A stretch of DNA of 64,000 nucleotides from Octopus bimaculoides (taxonomy: Eukaryota). Every line of letters starts with the position of its first letter. The first letter of the stretch is position 1. The stretch lies in the NCBI RefSeq assembly GCF_001194135.2, contig NC_068983.1, positions 70,179,273-70,243,272 of the forward strand, in the 5' to 3' direction. The notes under the pieces are model-generated. The model did not search any database. It was not told the origin of the DNA and saw only the letters and a program-made list of their open reading frames with translations. This document shows, one piece after another, positions 49,776 to 63,299 of the stretch. Both the position numbers and the translations under genes were made by a program.

Positions 49776-51049
49776 CACAGACATGTAGGAAGTAAATAGA
49801 CACCTTTAATTTTCAAAATCTTTTATTTCATATGCAAGTAAACAATTGAAATATAATCGATAGGTAGGACTACATACTTTAGTATTTAGTTGACATTCCC
49901 TTTGCAGTTTTTAATTCAGAAACTTTTTGGCATTGAACTGATGAGTTTTGTGATTGTCTCTTGTGGAATTTCTGCCCACTTTTCATGCAACAATCGAAAC
50001 AATTCATTTTTAGATTTAGGTTTCTGTCGAGTTTTTCATATAGCTCTATCTAGTATACTCCAAAGATTTTCAATTGGGTTCATGTCAGGAGATTGGCTCA
50101 GCCAAGAAAGCTTTTTGGTCCCATTTTCAGTCAGCCATTGTTGATTCCTTTTCACTGTGTGACATGAAGCCCCATCTTTCATGAATAAAAACTCATTTTT
50201 CGTTATGTTATCGTGTGAATACATCGGAAATAGTCCTTGTTTCAGTATTTCGATGTATTTTTCAGAGTTTATGGTTCTAACACATTTGATCAGCTCAGAA
50301 CGACCATTGCTAGTGACAGCTCCCCATACCATTACAGAGATACTGCCATGTTTTGCAGTTGGTTGGAGTCATTTCAAATCAAATTCTTGATTGGGAAGCC
50401 TCCAGACCCAAACACGTCCACTGTCTGAAAATAATGCAGATCTGGATTCATCTGAGAAAGTCACTTTATCCCAAAATGAACTGGATTTTTCTGACATTTC
50501 CTTAGCCCATTTCTTTCTTTTCATGATATTAATTGGTTGAAGGAGAGGTTTTCTTCTAACTGCTCATCCTTAATACCCAAGCTTATGGAGATATGTAACA
50601 CACGTTCTTGGAGTAACTTCTAGCTGTTTTGCAATGGCAGAAGCCTTCGAACGGGGTTCGTTTTCCACAATTCTCTTCAAACAGTGAAGCTTCCTTTCCG
50701 AGGGCCCAGGTCGACCAGGATGAAAGATCTGCTGATTCTTTTCCTTGGCTTTTGAATTGCACTATAATTCTATTAACAGTAGCAAGAGGAATTCGAAGAT
50801 TTTCTGCAATTTTTTGCTGGCTAAGACCAGCCTCAGATTGCCCAACAATATGACCTCTTTGAAAATCTGACAGTTTTGCTGAATTTTTTGTGCGTGGCAT
50901 GGTTAATCTTCACAAATGTTTAATATAATGGCACCTGGAATGAGAAAGAGTAATTACATTGTAAATTATACACTGCTAAAACATATTAAGATGCTTAGAT
51001 CAAAAATTTTGAAAATTAAAGGTGTCTATTTACTTCCTTCATGTCTGTG
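49776..51049 (-). mobile_element. Full-length but inactivated Tc1-family (DD34E) DNA transposon, 1274 bp
   Basis: TA target duplication, ~44-bp TIRs (CACAGACATG[T/A]AGGAAGTAAATAGACACCTTTAATTTTCAAAAT). Transposase with HTH N-terminus ([20 protein letters not shown]), FSDES, MVWGAVT, KDGASCH, SPDMNPIENLW (34 aa between D and E). Broken by frameshifts and stops. Confidence 0.93.
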
Positions 51050-51589
51050 TATATAAAATATATTTTATTTGGTTTTAGCGATTGTGTCTCCTTAGTGGAA
51101 GCGCATTGATTGAGTGGTTTAGATGTAGACCTACCTGCTCATGATTTTAAATCTGATTTTTTTTTCTTTTTTTTTTTTGTCTATTTTGCATTTACTCAGC
51201 TATTGGAAACAGACATTAAATCATTTAGAAATGTTACCTGTGATAGGAAAGACATGTATCCTATCCTAATGAAATCCATCTTGCATACACTTAAGCTTAT
51301 GAAACCAGAGTCAAGGACCAACCCTTTAAAACTTGACTAGTCTTAGAAGATAATTACATATTTTTAGCATAGAGTTTCCCATTACTAAAATTTTGTATGA
51401 AGTTTTATGTTTCTAATGTTCTTTGTGGTATGATATGTTCAGAAAAACTCTCAGAAGAATGTAAAATGTTCATGACAAGCATATATTATTACTTCCAAAT
51501 TGCAACTGCATTAAATTGTTGCGAAGACTGCTTCATATTTACTAAATGTGACTGATATTGGTTTCTGAAGCATGCAATTTGATATCATA

Positions 51590-51870
51590 AACATATTGTC
51601 TCTTCTCTTCATCTTCTGTTACAACTGGTATGGGGGATTTTGCTCCTTGGAGCTAGCTATCACCTCCACTCAAGCTCTCCCAACTTAACCATCTCTACTT
51701 CTCTCATTACCCACATTGTGTCATATCCACTGGCCCTTCAATAACTACTGTTCCCAGTCCTTCCTAACCAAGATGCCCACCTTCTGTAATTCTCTCTTGG
51801 CACATATTTTCCCTGCATCCATTAAATTGCTGCTGTTCAAGAGCAAAGTTACCTGTATTAAAACAATCAG
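51590..51870 (+). mobile_element. CR1/L2-group LINE 3' coding remnant
   Basis: YNWYGGFCSLELA...QSFLTKMPTFCNSLLAHIFPASIKLLLFKSKV resembles the SFF.RT..LWNSLP..FP....FK C-terminal motif of this group. Confidence 0.55.
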
Positions 51871-52167
51871 CCTTAAAGGATTTGCAAAGATAATGGGCAT
51901 AGTCTCTTTCCCCAGATCAAATAATAAATAGAATTTTAAAATGGTAAAAACGCCATATGGCTTGTGTGCAAGTTGAGTTTGAGTGCATTGTGTGGTATAT
52001 AGAATAACAACAATCTTATGATAGAGACTAGGAGTGTTTATTCATTATTTCATTCTACTCTTGTATAAAATATGCTTGAAAAATATTCTTAGGAATATTA
52101 TTTAATTTCTTTATCTAACTATTGAGTTTTTATTTTGTTTTACATTTTTATCCTATCTTTATTACAG

Positions 52168-52274
52168 CGGAAGGATTACATCTGGCTCACCTAATGTCTG
52201 CTCACGGCTATCTTTTCCCTATTGATGACCATGTGTTAACGGTTAAAAATGACAACACGTATTACCGTTTCCAG
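52168..52274 (+). CDS. RGS7: Next coding exon (107 nt, phase 1/0) of the same R7 RGS gene, DEP domain
   Basis: Acceptor tcctatctttattacAG, donor GTaagg. Translates (A)[35 protein letters not shown], matching the R7 DEP motif [35 protein letters not shown]. Flanking exons were not found in the window. Confidence 0.92.
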
Positions 52275-52545
52275 GTAAGGTATATCTTTTTGACTCCTTC
52301 ATTCGCTTTAGCTTTTGATTATATTTTCTCTATTCAAAATATGGGGTGTTTGATTACTCTTTTACTTGTTTCAGTCATTTGACTGCAGCCATGCTGGAGT
52401 ACCACCTTTAGTCGAGCAAATTGACCCCAGGACTTATTCTTTGTACTTATTCTATCGGTCTCTTTTGCCAAACTGCTAAGTTTCAGGGACGTAAACACAT
52501 GAGCATCGGTTGTCAAGCGATGTTGGGGGGACAAACACAGACACA

Positions 52546-52580
<35 letters not shown>

Positions 52581-52614
52581 NNNNNNNNNNGTTGGGGGGA
52601 CAAACACAGACACA

Positions 52615-52661
<47 letters not shown>

Positions 52662-52949
52662 GGCAGGTTTCTTCCAGTTTCCGTCTACTAAATCCACTCA
52701 CAAGGCTTTGGTTGACCTGAGGCTAAAGTGGAAGACACTCACCCAAGGTGCTACACAGTGGGACTGAACCCAGAACCATGTGGTTGGTAAACAAGCTACA
52801 TACTACACAGCCACTCCTGCGCCTAAAATTCTATTGAAAAGAATTCTGAGAAGGATGTAAAATGTTTATTCAATTCATTACTATTATCAATAATTCAAAA
52901 CAATGTAAGTAAATAAGTAATACAGTTGACAAATGCTAAGGGATTAAAG

Positions 52950-53230
52950 CAGGGGTTTTCAAAATGTGGTCCGCGGACCACAGGGGGTCCACAAGGACAA
53001 GACAGCAAATACTTTTTATGGGCAATTTGATGTTAAATATGTTTTTTAATCGAAATCTTTTAATTGACAATAAACCTATTTGTTAAATACTGTGAAATAA
53101 ATAAATGTAAAAATATATGTTATTTTAAGCAAATATTTATGTATAAATTTCATAAGCATTTATAGGGGGTCCCTAAGATAAAGCCTGAAATATGAAGGGG
53201 TCCGCAAGTCAAAAAGTTTGAAAACCCCTG
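52950..53230. mobile_element. hAT-type non-autonomous MITE (281 bp)
   Basis: TIRs CAGGGGTTTTCAAA / TTTGAAAACCCCTG with exact 8-bp TSD GATTAAAG on both sides. Confidence 0.88.
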
Positions 53231-53604
53231 GATTAAAGCATTGTCCCATCATGATTACAGTCTGGAACAAGTCAAAGCAAAACAAGTAAAAATGACTGGA
53301 ACAAGTAAAAGCAAAAGATGAAAGCTATTTTATTCTTAGCTGAGTTTTGAGTTTTGAAGCATTTCTATATGTTATTGATCACCGTAAAATTATAACCTAA
53401 AACATTATTATTGTGACGTCTGTATCCTTAAGTTGGTGCTTTGTTGTCTTCAAATTTAGTTTTTCAAAACATGTAAACACATATTAGTAAACTCTAATTT
53501 ATGTACAAATATTTTAAGTTTTTTCTTTTTCAATAATTTCAACTGAGTTTTCAATAATTTCAAGCAATGAGTTTGTTTTTTGCCTCTCTGTTTCTCTCAC
53601 TCAC

Positions 53605-53605
53605 T

Positions 53606-53644
<39 letters not shown>

Positions 53645-53980
53645 CAGCAGCAGCAGCAGCAGCAGGACTGGTGGTGTTGATAGAGGTTGTAGTGGTGGTG
53701 GTTGTAGTGGTAGTGGTTGCAGCGTTGGTAGCTGTGGTGGTAGCTGTTGTAGTGATGGTGGTGGTTTTAGTTGTAGTGGTTGCAGTGTTGGTAGTTGTGG
53801 TAGTAATGGTTGTAGGGGTAGTAGTTGTTGTGGTAGTGGTTTTAATGGTCATGGTAGTGGTTGTAGTGGTGCTTTGGTTGTGGTGACAGTGGTGGTGGTG
53901 GTAGTAGTAGTAGTGGTGTTAGTGTTAATGTTTGTGGTTGTGGTACTAGTAGTGGTAGCAGTAGTTGCAGCTGTAGTGCT
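53605..53980. repeat. Low-complexity (GTA/GTG/GCA)n tract; one of many microsatellites (TA, CA, CT, TATG, CAT, TAA) across the window
   Basis: Direct inspection; explains poly-Val/Thr/Ser ORFs in the track. Confidence 0.95.
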
Positions 53981-54853
53981 TCATAGGATATTTGAACATT
54001 TTTATATGTATTATATTCCAAGTATTATACTGTCTAATTAATTAGATTTAAATTTTTTCAACAACTCAGTAGCCTTTATTTTATCTTTTTTTTTTAATGA
54101 ATGTGTGTGTATGTGTCTTAGTGGGGAGTATGCACACACATGCATGACGCATACACACACACATTGCTTGTAAAATTTAAGACAATCAATATCTTTATTT
54201 TCTCTGTCTTAAATGTCATCGCATTCATTTAAATGCATAATTTATCAGTTTAGTACTACTGTTTATACTGTTGAAGTGTTGCTTCAATACTATACAATTT
54301 TGCACAGTGTTATCATGTAACTTAGTTATTTCATTGCTTTTATTCATTTTATAGTTCACATTAATTTGTTTTGTTTGTTTTGTTTTTTTTTCATTTTAGC
54401 TTGAGTGAGATAGTTTTACAAATTTAGACATTTGCACACTGTTAGGTTAGAAAAAGGGATGTTAAATTATAATGATGATGATGACGATGTGTGTGTGTGT
54501 ATATTTATCTCTTCTTAACTTTGGTTTTTTCTTCACTGCTATTTCTAATCAATTAAGCAACACTGAAATAGAGGAAGTACTAAAGATTATGGTTTTTCAA
54601 AACTGCTAGCTTTAACTTTAGAGATGAGAACTTTTTAAACATCTACATGTACCTATGTGTCAGTTGATTTGATATATGATTGTTACAAAATCCTTTATTC
54701 CTGGATATATACACAGACTAGAATAAAAACAGTAACCTTTCTTTTTAAACTAAAAGTAATAACACTGTTATCCATTAGACCATTGAGAAATGAAAAGCTC
54801 ATTTTGTACTTAGTAAATCAATCTGCCAAATTGTTCCTATATATATCTGTTGA

Positions 54854-55218
54854 GTGGAGGCGCAATGGCCCAATGGTTAGGGCAGCGGTTTCGATTCCCA
54901 GACCGGGCGTTGTGAGTGTTTATTGAGTGAAAACACCAAAAGCTCCACGAGGCTCCGGCAGGAGATGGTGGTGAACCCTGCTGTACTCTTTCACCACAAC
55001 TTTCTCTCACTCTTACTTCCTGTTTCTGTTGTACCTGTAATTCAAAGGGTCAGCCTTGTCACACTGTGTCACACTGAATATCCCCAAGAACTACGTTAAG
55101 GGTACACGTGTCTGTGGAGTGCTCAGCCACTTGCACGTTAATTTCACGAGCTGGCTGTTCCGTTGATCGGATCAACTGGAACCCTCAACGCCGTAAGCGA
55201 CGGAGTGCCAACAACAAC
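54854..55218 (+). mobile_element. tRNA-derived SINE (family B), with internal deletion in the head
   Basis: Near-identical to 19261-19648; TSD ATATCTGTTGA (54843-54853 / 55219-55229). Confidence 0.88.
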
Positions 55219-56085
55219 ATATCTGTTGAAGTATGTCTTCTGCATAGGGTACAACAAGCACAAGATTTGTCATCTTTATTATGATGAAGTCAGACACACA
55301 GCTGGTTCTTTCTTTTGTATGGAATATTGTTATTATTTCTGTATACTATGCACTCTTGTAAAATGATAGCCCATAGCTATGTGTAGTGATAACCAAGAAA
55401 AATAGCTTTGGTGCATAATACATGCTGACTTTTCTTTAGTATTATGATGCATGGAAAAAAAGTGTGTTTAGTTAGATTTGTTATAGTTGCTGTATAAAAT
55501 ATATTGAAAAAAATTCAATCATTCTAAAGGAAACAAAAAACAAAGAAAAAGCAAATTTGAAAGTGATCGTTGAACTTTATTGGTGTCAGCCATAAAAGTA
55601 CATTTCCTGTGTAGTCAACATTTTAGAAATCACGTGATCATGGTTCTTTTATGAAGAAGGTACCAATTTTTCATGAATACCAATCACTTCACCATTCGTC
55701 TTGACTTTTCTCAATACATCTGTAAATCTTATCACCCTGATATCTAACTTTGTCACTTCTTCCTACATGTTCTCAAGATACTTTCGTGCTTGAATTTAAT
55801 TTTGAGGAAAAGTTATTACACTTTTCTTCCTAGAATGTCATTATATAAATCAAATTGTTGTTGTTGATGCTTAGCTACATAACAGCCCTATTCCAGCAGA
55901 TCTATGCTCAAATGTATTCAAATCAAGACTGGCTGTGCAGTTAAGAAGCTTGATTTGCAACCATATAGTTTTGGGTTCAAGTGTCCTTCTTCTATAGTCT
56001 TAGATTGGCCAATGCCTTCTGAGTGGCTTTTGTAGATGGAAACTGTGAGGAAGCCTATCATGTGTGTGTTTGTGTGTATGTATAT

Positions 56086-56128
<43 letters not shown>

Positions 56129-57313
56129 TGTGTGTGTATGTGTCCTTGTGTTTGCATTTGTCTCCCCTCACCACTGCTTGTTAGTTAGTTTCTTTACTTT
56201 CCTGTTTCTTAGCAGTTTGGCAACAAAATTTGATAGAATAAGTACTGAGGTGGATTTCTCCAACTAAACCCTTTAAGGCTGTGCCTGAGCATGGCTGCAG
56301 TCCTATGACAGAAACAATTAAAATATAAACTGCCTATTTTAAAGGCATAGTATTATGGTTAATTACACTATCCCCTGTGTCCTTCCTTTACTTAATGATG
56401 TTAATGTATAGCTTGAACAGACTATGTAATACTGATGAGATCTAATAGATCAAAACATGTATCTATCTTATCTGCAAACAAAGATTATATTTTCTTTTAG
56501 TAACCTTCCCTTTTTTGTGTTTGTGTCACCATGACTAGCCACTAGGGTATTGTTTTCTTTCTGTGACTAAAAGTGATATTTCAATTATAAATATTTTTAA
56601 ATGTGACATTCACCTCTTAAATTAGTTTTTTTATCTCATGCTTTGCACTATTTTGAATTATTTCCCTTAGTTCAGAATATTTTAGTATGCAAATTAAAAA
56701 CAAAAATTTTTTTAATTACATGGGCCAAAAATTATCTACAACCATCCCCCCCCCCATTATTGTAATTGTGAAATACTCTTTCAGCTAATCAGGTAAGCTT
56801 AATTAAGTTATATTATGCTAATGAGAGCTAATAGTCTGCAACACATCCACAGCTATTCCGTGCTTGCAAAAGAGAAAAAGAAAAATGGATTTTTCTCTCA
56901 GCATGTAAATTAACTTTGGGAGATTCAATATTGGCCCAAGAGCTTGAAACAGACTGAACTTGCTCTAAAGGTATCCAAGGACTAAGTGTTGTGGTTAAAT
57001 CTGGTGACAGATTTACCACCCAAGTAGGATTTGGTGTGATTCGAACTCAGAACACAAACAGCTGGAACCATTCCATCAGTCCACTGCCCTAGACTGGTAT
57101 TTTAAATATTCTATCATTTACTTGCTTCAGACATTAGGCTACAGCCATTCTGGGACACTGCATTGAAGGGTTTTAATCAAACAAATCAAACCCAGGATTT
57201 ATTTTTCTTTTAAGCCTAGTACTCATTCTATTGGTCTCTTTTGCTGGACCACTAAGTTATGAGGATGCGAACATACAAGTGGTAGTAGTGAGAGCAAACA
57301 CAGACATACACAT

Positions 57314-57355
<42 letters not shown>

Positions 57356-57365
57356 NNNNNNNNNN

Positions 57366-57398
<33 letters not shown>

Positions 57399-58101
57399 CA
57401 AGATTCTGTCATTTACCATCTATCATATCCTGAGGCTATAGTAAAGGACACTTGTCCGAGGTGCTATGCAGTGGGACTGAACCTCAAAATAAAAAAGCTA
57501 CAGGGCATTATATTATGTCCAATGCTTTAACAACTCCATTACTTGCTTTGCAGTCAATGCTGCAATGTGATATATATGTATAGTAAAGGACTATATGGTA
57601 GATGTGGTGGTGTACCAGAAAAAATGCCTCATAATATTGACCTCTGTCCTTATATTAAGTCTAACTGTCTGAAATTGTTTATTGTTAATACAATTATAAT
57701 TTTTTCAGTCTATTAATCTTGTCTTTAGAGATGAAATAGTTGAAAAAAAAAAAATTCCATCAACAGGGATGTAAATATTAATCATAAATATTAAAGCATT
57801 TTTAATCTTTAAAGTATGAAAAATTATAATTGCATGTTCCTGTGTGTTCTGATATGAGAATCCCACCAGGGTTGACTGAGCCTTTCATCCTCTCCCAGGT
57901 CAATAAAATAGCTAGCAGTCAAGTTATGGTGTCAATTTAATTGACGATGGCCTCTTTTAAAATGTGTGACCTTATGCTTAATGCTAGAAATCAATATGAT
58001 GCATATTAATATTAAAACTATAAACAAATAAACATGTGACAATATCATAATATATACTGTGATATTACAGCATATAAATAATGATATGAAGATACACAGC
58101 G

Positions 58102-58149
<48 letters not shown>

Positions 58150-59129
58150 TATCATCATCATCATCATCATTATCATCATCATTACTTAGTGTCTGCTTTC
58201 CTTGCTGGCATGGGTTAGACAGTTTGACTGAAACTGGCAAGCTGGAGTGTTGTGCCAGGTTCCAATCTGATTTTGCATAGTTTCTACTACTGGTTGCTCT
58301 TCCTAATGCCAACTGCTCTAAGAGTGTACTGGGTGCTTTTTACATACCACTGGCATGGATGCCGGTTATATGAAACTGGTATTGGCCACAGCTACAATTT
58401 CACTTGGCTTCATGGGTCTTCTCAAGCATGGCATATTGTCAAAGGTCTTAGTCACTTGTCATTGCCTCCATGAGGCCCAACATTCAAAGATCATGCTTCA
58501 GCCCCTTGTCTCATGTCATCCTGTAAAATAATAATGTTAAACTGTTATAAAGCATAAAAATACTGAAGCACATAAAATAACAACATATATTTGTACAAAC
58601 TAACTGAAGAGACCTGGCCCAATTACTTGCATCGGGGTAAACTCCATCAAAAGTACCCAAAGGATGATGAATCAAGTCTACCACCTTCTACATAGTCACT
58701 AGAAATAGCAGTGAAACCTACCTTAGATTACACACCTTGCCATCTTCAAAAGAGAGAGAAAGATTAGATAATATATTACTATGCCCAAGGATGGTTATGG
58801 CTGGAATACTTAGGAATGAGATTACAGGAAAAATAGCATACATTACAACATAGTTTAATGCTAGAATGTAACAATAACATGACTCAGTGAACCACAGACT
58901 TTAAGGTTATAAAGGAGAGTTCAGCTGTGTGAAAACCTTAAGGAAGTAATTCTTTCTGAAGATGGTCATCCAGGATTTTAACACATATGTAGTTTTGTAT
59001 TTTGTTTAGAATATGAGAATAAATGGATGCTTATGAAAGTGAAAGTGGAATTATGAGAATGATTGATGAGATGCCTTGTAATTTCCATTCTGAATCTTAA
59101 CATTTTGAGTTCAAATTTTGCCTCCTATC

Positions 59130-61350
59130 ACTAACTTTCTCATGATTGGAAACAGGGACCTTAGGCTTTGTCTACGTCTCCATTATACTGAAATTTCCAA
59201 GTAACACCGATCAGTTTGCGAGTTAGTATATGAATCTTTTTGATCTCTTGCAGTGACCAAAAGTAAAATGTGGCCAAGAAGATAAGCACTGCAAAAGTGT
59301 TTTCAGCAATATGCTTATTGTAAGCTGAATGTTCAGATGATCACACTTTTAACATTGTTTTAGCTCTCTTGAGGTACTCATTCCTTGTCCTCTCCTTATT
59401 GATGGCTATATCACAGCTGATATTCTCATCCTGTCCAAGGTACTTATAGGTTTCCATAGAGAGTAAAAGCTGTATTTTTAGGTTGTTCATGTTTAGTATC
59501 TTGGATGAGGGTATAATTTTCCCACATTTATCACCAAAAAATACACATTTGGACTCACTAAATTTCATTCCAGTTTATTTAATGAATTGGGTTATGAGAT
59601 CCAGTTGCTTTTTTGATGTGGTTAATATTTAGTCCAAACAGCTTCAGGTCATCATCAAAGAAAAGGAGAGAGATGTTAAAGGATCCATTCCTATATCAGT
59701 TATGTTTTTTTATTGGGTATGTATGATAAAGGGTTTAACGAGAGAACAAAGAGCAGAGCATTACTGACAAGCTATCGCCTCGAAGGATGCCTTTTTGTAG
59801 TGTGTAGTATAAGATTTAATAAATTTATTGTTGCCTCTAAGAAGTAGGTAGAAGTACCAGTTTCTAGTTATGTGGTGGATGGCAGCTACTAATGGTGGTA
59901 GGACTTTGGTTAATTGCAGTGCTGAAAGCTTCTTTGGTTGTCCAGCCACACCAAGTTTCTGCAGTTCTTCTTTCGTGTATCATTTTAATAATCAGCAGGT
60001 GCTCAATAAATCCTCAAACTTTCTTCTCTTCTCAGTTTGTTCAGGAGTTATAATAGTGTCAGTGGTACAAAGTGGTCCGGTAGAAGCAGATTGAGGTATC
60101 TAGTGTATATCTTATACATGATATGTTGGTCTGCTATCAGGTGGTTATTTTAAGATTCAGTGGTTTGTCTATTTTAGAGCATGAGAAGAGTGATGGCTGT
60201 TGACAACTAACTGTATGGATATGTTTGACATACCTTTAATATTCTTATTATACAGTGTTATTAAATCTTGCGGATAGAAATTGGGATTTTTAAAATCAAT
60301 ATCCTGCAATAAGATATGAATTTGAGAATTTTCTATTTTGTATTTTTTCAGGACTCATCCTGGTACTGCACCATTGATTTCGTAAAATTTTTATTCAACA
60401 CGCTTGCAAGTACCTCTGTTCTAATTTGTCTCTCCATTGAATCTATCTTTTTCATTGAATCTATCATTCCGTTTCCATATTGATTTCCATTATCTTTTAA
60501 GTTGTTCTGTCGATGGGATGTTTATCATTAACAATGTGTTATTTTTATTGAAGCTATAATATACTGATACTGGATCTCTAACAAACAATCTATTCTATGT
60601 TTTCCTTTTATACTTGGCAGATGTATATTTTAATTTCTCCAGCTGTTACTTCTTGTTTCTGGTGATGACGTTTGAAATTTAAGGTTCTTCTCTTTGAGTT
60701 CCCAAACTACTTTCTTAGTTTAACTTTTGACCATATGATTTTTTTTTTTTGTAAATTTATTGATAGTGTCACACTTCATAACTATGATTATCTGTGAGAT
60801 GGTTCTTCAAAGAAGCACTATTTTTTTTTGAAAGTTGTGAGCCTAGCCTGACTTGATGTTTACCTTTGACTCCATTGTGCAACTCCAACTCATTTTGATA
60901 GGCTAGTAATGTTATTGTTGCACACATATCAGGAAGTTTATAGTCTCAGATGGGAGTACTGTTTCAATAGACATGAGATAATTCCCCACTATTTCAATTA
61001 TTACTCTCACTTCTGAATTAAAAGGCTCTTTTTTATGATTGTTTGAAATTGCCTGTTGCATCATATCTAATGATACAACTGTTAGAGAATTATAAAAATT
61101 CCAATATTCCATGGTTTATTCAAGGAAGCTAACATTTTTATTCTCTAGCAGGTTATTTTTGTGTAACTGTAGTTCGATGTTGTTACTGAAGGTATTGATG
61201 TTGTTGAATGTTCTGCGATAGTCTACTGTGGAACAACAACTACTACATTCAAGGTGTACATTGTTGTCAACATCAATGTTGTTATTATTGGATATTGTAT
61301 TTTTTTGTGGTGTTACTATGTGTTAAACTAAGGGGATTCCTCTATGTGTA
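59130..61350 (-). mobile_element. Decayed R4/Dong-like (restriction-like endonuclease) non-LTR retrotransposon, N-terminal to RT part
   Basis: NRLFVRDP, KGILRGDSLSVML, LNPLSY, FDDDLKLF, GMKFSESKC, METYKYLGQDENI motifs across frames; heavily disrupted. Confidence 0.7.
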
Positions 61351-61439
61351 TTAGTGTGCAGTTAATTATATGCTTCCTTTATTCATTTAGATGTTTTGCA
61401 CATAGATTTGAAACTTGAGAAAAGTCATGTATATTTTTA

Positions 61440-62690
61440 CTGTTCCACTTACAGATTGTATATATAATGTGTGAATTGGCAGGCTGGTTTCTTTTTAGGA
61501 AAACCCTAGTTTATCCATATTGTCATTTAAGAATTTGTTCATACAAGTGCACCAGTTATTGGTATAAGTGAGAATTTGTAATCTGGGTACAGGTTCTGGA
61601 GATTTCAAAGCAATTGTCTGTAATTATCATCTTTCTCTTTGATTTTGAAAGAGGTATTCAGATGAGTAAAGCAGCAAACCTCTCTAACAGTACAAAATGT
61701 TCTTTGTCTGCCTCAAACAACAATATACAGCCTCGTATGTTTGCACTTGGTAGTTTTAATGAGAATGTTCCACCAATATTCCTTGTGTTTATGTTTGTGT
61801 AGGTAATCAGTAACAGAGTGTGTACTATATTTATTCCAAGACAGTCTTTTTTCAAATGTCATTGTATATTGTTTCAGTGACAATGTCATATTGCATAAGG
61901 AGGTAATACCTGGATATTTTTGAGTGGCTACTAATTACGTGTGATGTCTTCCACAGAAATATGACATAATCTGGTATTTTCAGTTGCATCTTGGGGCTCC
62001 AAGGCTACACTGTCTCTTTGGTTTTCAAGATGTTTTGTGGCAATCTACTACTCTTGGATTGCAAATGCATAGCCTTCAAAGTGTGATGTGATGTATCAGA
62101 AAAAGAATGTAAGAGATATTACACTCTGTGTCAATATTTCTGTCTTCTTCAATTCTTTAGGAAACATACCTATGCATAGTCTTCTTTTGGTATGCTAAGC
62201 ATGTCATGTTCAGGTCTTCTTTGAGATATTTTAGTCCAGTTGTTTTGTGGTTGTATTCAAGGCCATCAGAAAGAGAGTGCATCCTAACGAGCTCACTGTT
62301 CACACATAGGATGTTGTGCTTTCCTCTTCTCAGCACAAAGTTTATGTATTTATTTTTGCTGCTATTGTTTAGTAGGTATTGTCTGAGAGAGACTATATGG
62401 CATTTGAAAGTGGTCTACCCTGATTTCAAGCCCCCCCTCCCCTTCATCTCTTCTTAGGTAGAGCCTTTGGTATCACTGTTACTGCGGAAGTTTCCTGTTG
62501 GTATCAGAATCTTAAAGGTTTTAATGTTTATAGAATGGATTTTCTCTATAGACCAGTCAAGTATACCAAATGTTGGAATCAATATTGATACTGCGAATGT
62601 ATGATAATTGTGGAATATTGTCTTGTAAGAGGAGTATTCAGATTGTCATATTTTTCTAAGTTTGGGATAATCTCGGGTCACTCTATCTTT
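61440..62690 (-). mobile_element. Second R4/Dong-like fragment: post-RT region, CCHC knuckle and RLE domain
   Basis: FAVSILIPTFGILDWSI, RLYLRRDEG, CHISVEDIT.VISS..SRYYLLMQYDIV, WWNILIKTTKCKHTRLYIVV, KIKEKDDNY..L, YPDYKFSLIPITGAL. Confidence 0.72.
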
Positions 62691-63028
62691 ATTTACATGT
62701 ATGTATGTATGTATGTATGTATGTATGCATGTATGTATGTATGTATGTATGCATGTATGTATGTATGTACGTACGTACATACGTACGTACGTATGTATGT
62801 ACATACATACGTATGTACTTACATACGTATGTATGTACGCATGCATACATGCATGCAAGCAAGCATTTATGCATGTCATTATTCAGTTTTATTCCAAGAT
62901 TTCTTGCCAATAGAGAAAGAGCTGGTTTCCAACCTAGATTCAAGGCACCTTCATTGGAATTTCAACAACATGTATAGATATATGTATGTACACATGTATG
63001 TACATATACATGTTTTTACATATGTTTG

Positions 63029-63127
<99 letters not shown>

Positions 63128-63227
63128 NNNNNNNNNNNNNNNNNNNNNNNNNNNNNNNNNNNATCATCATCATCATCATCATCATCGTTTAACGTCCGCT
63201 TTCCATGCTAGTACGGGTTGGACGATT

Positions 63228-63264
<37 letters not shown>

Positions 63265-63268
63265 AATG

Positions 63269-63299
<31 letters not shown>

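Noticed and set aside
53580-54041. Gly/Ser/Cys-rich ORF resembling a keratin-associated or mucin-like protein
   Set aside because: Pure trinucleotide low complexity, no splice or homology support.
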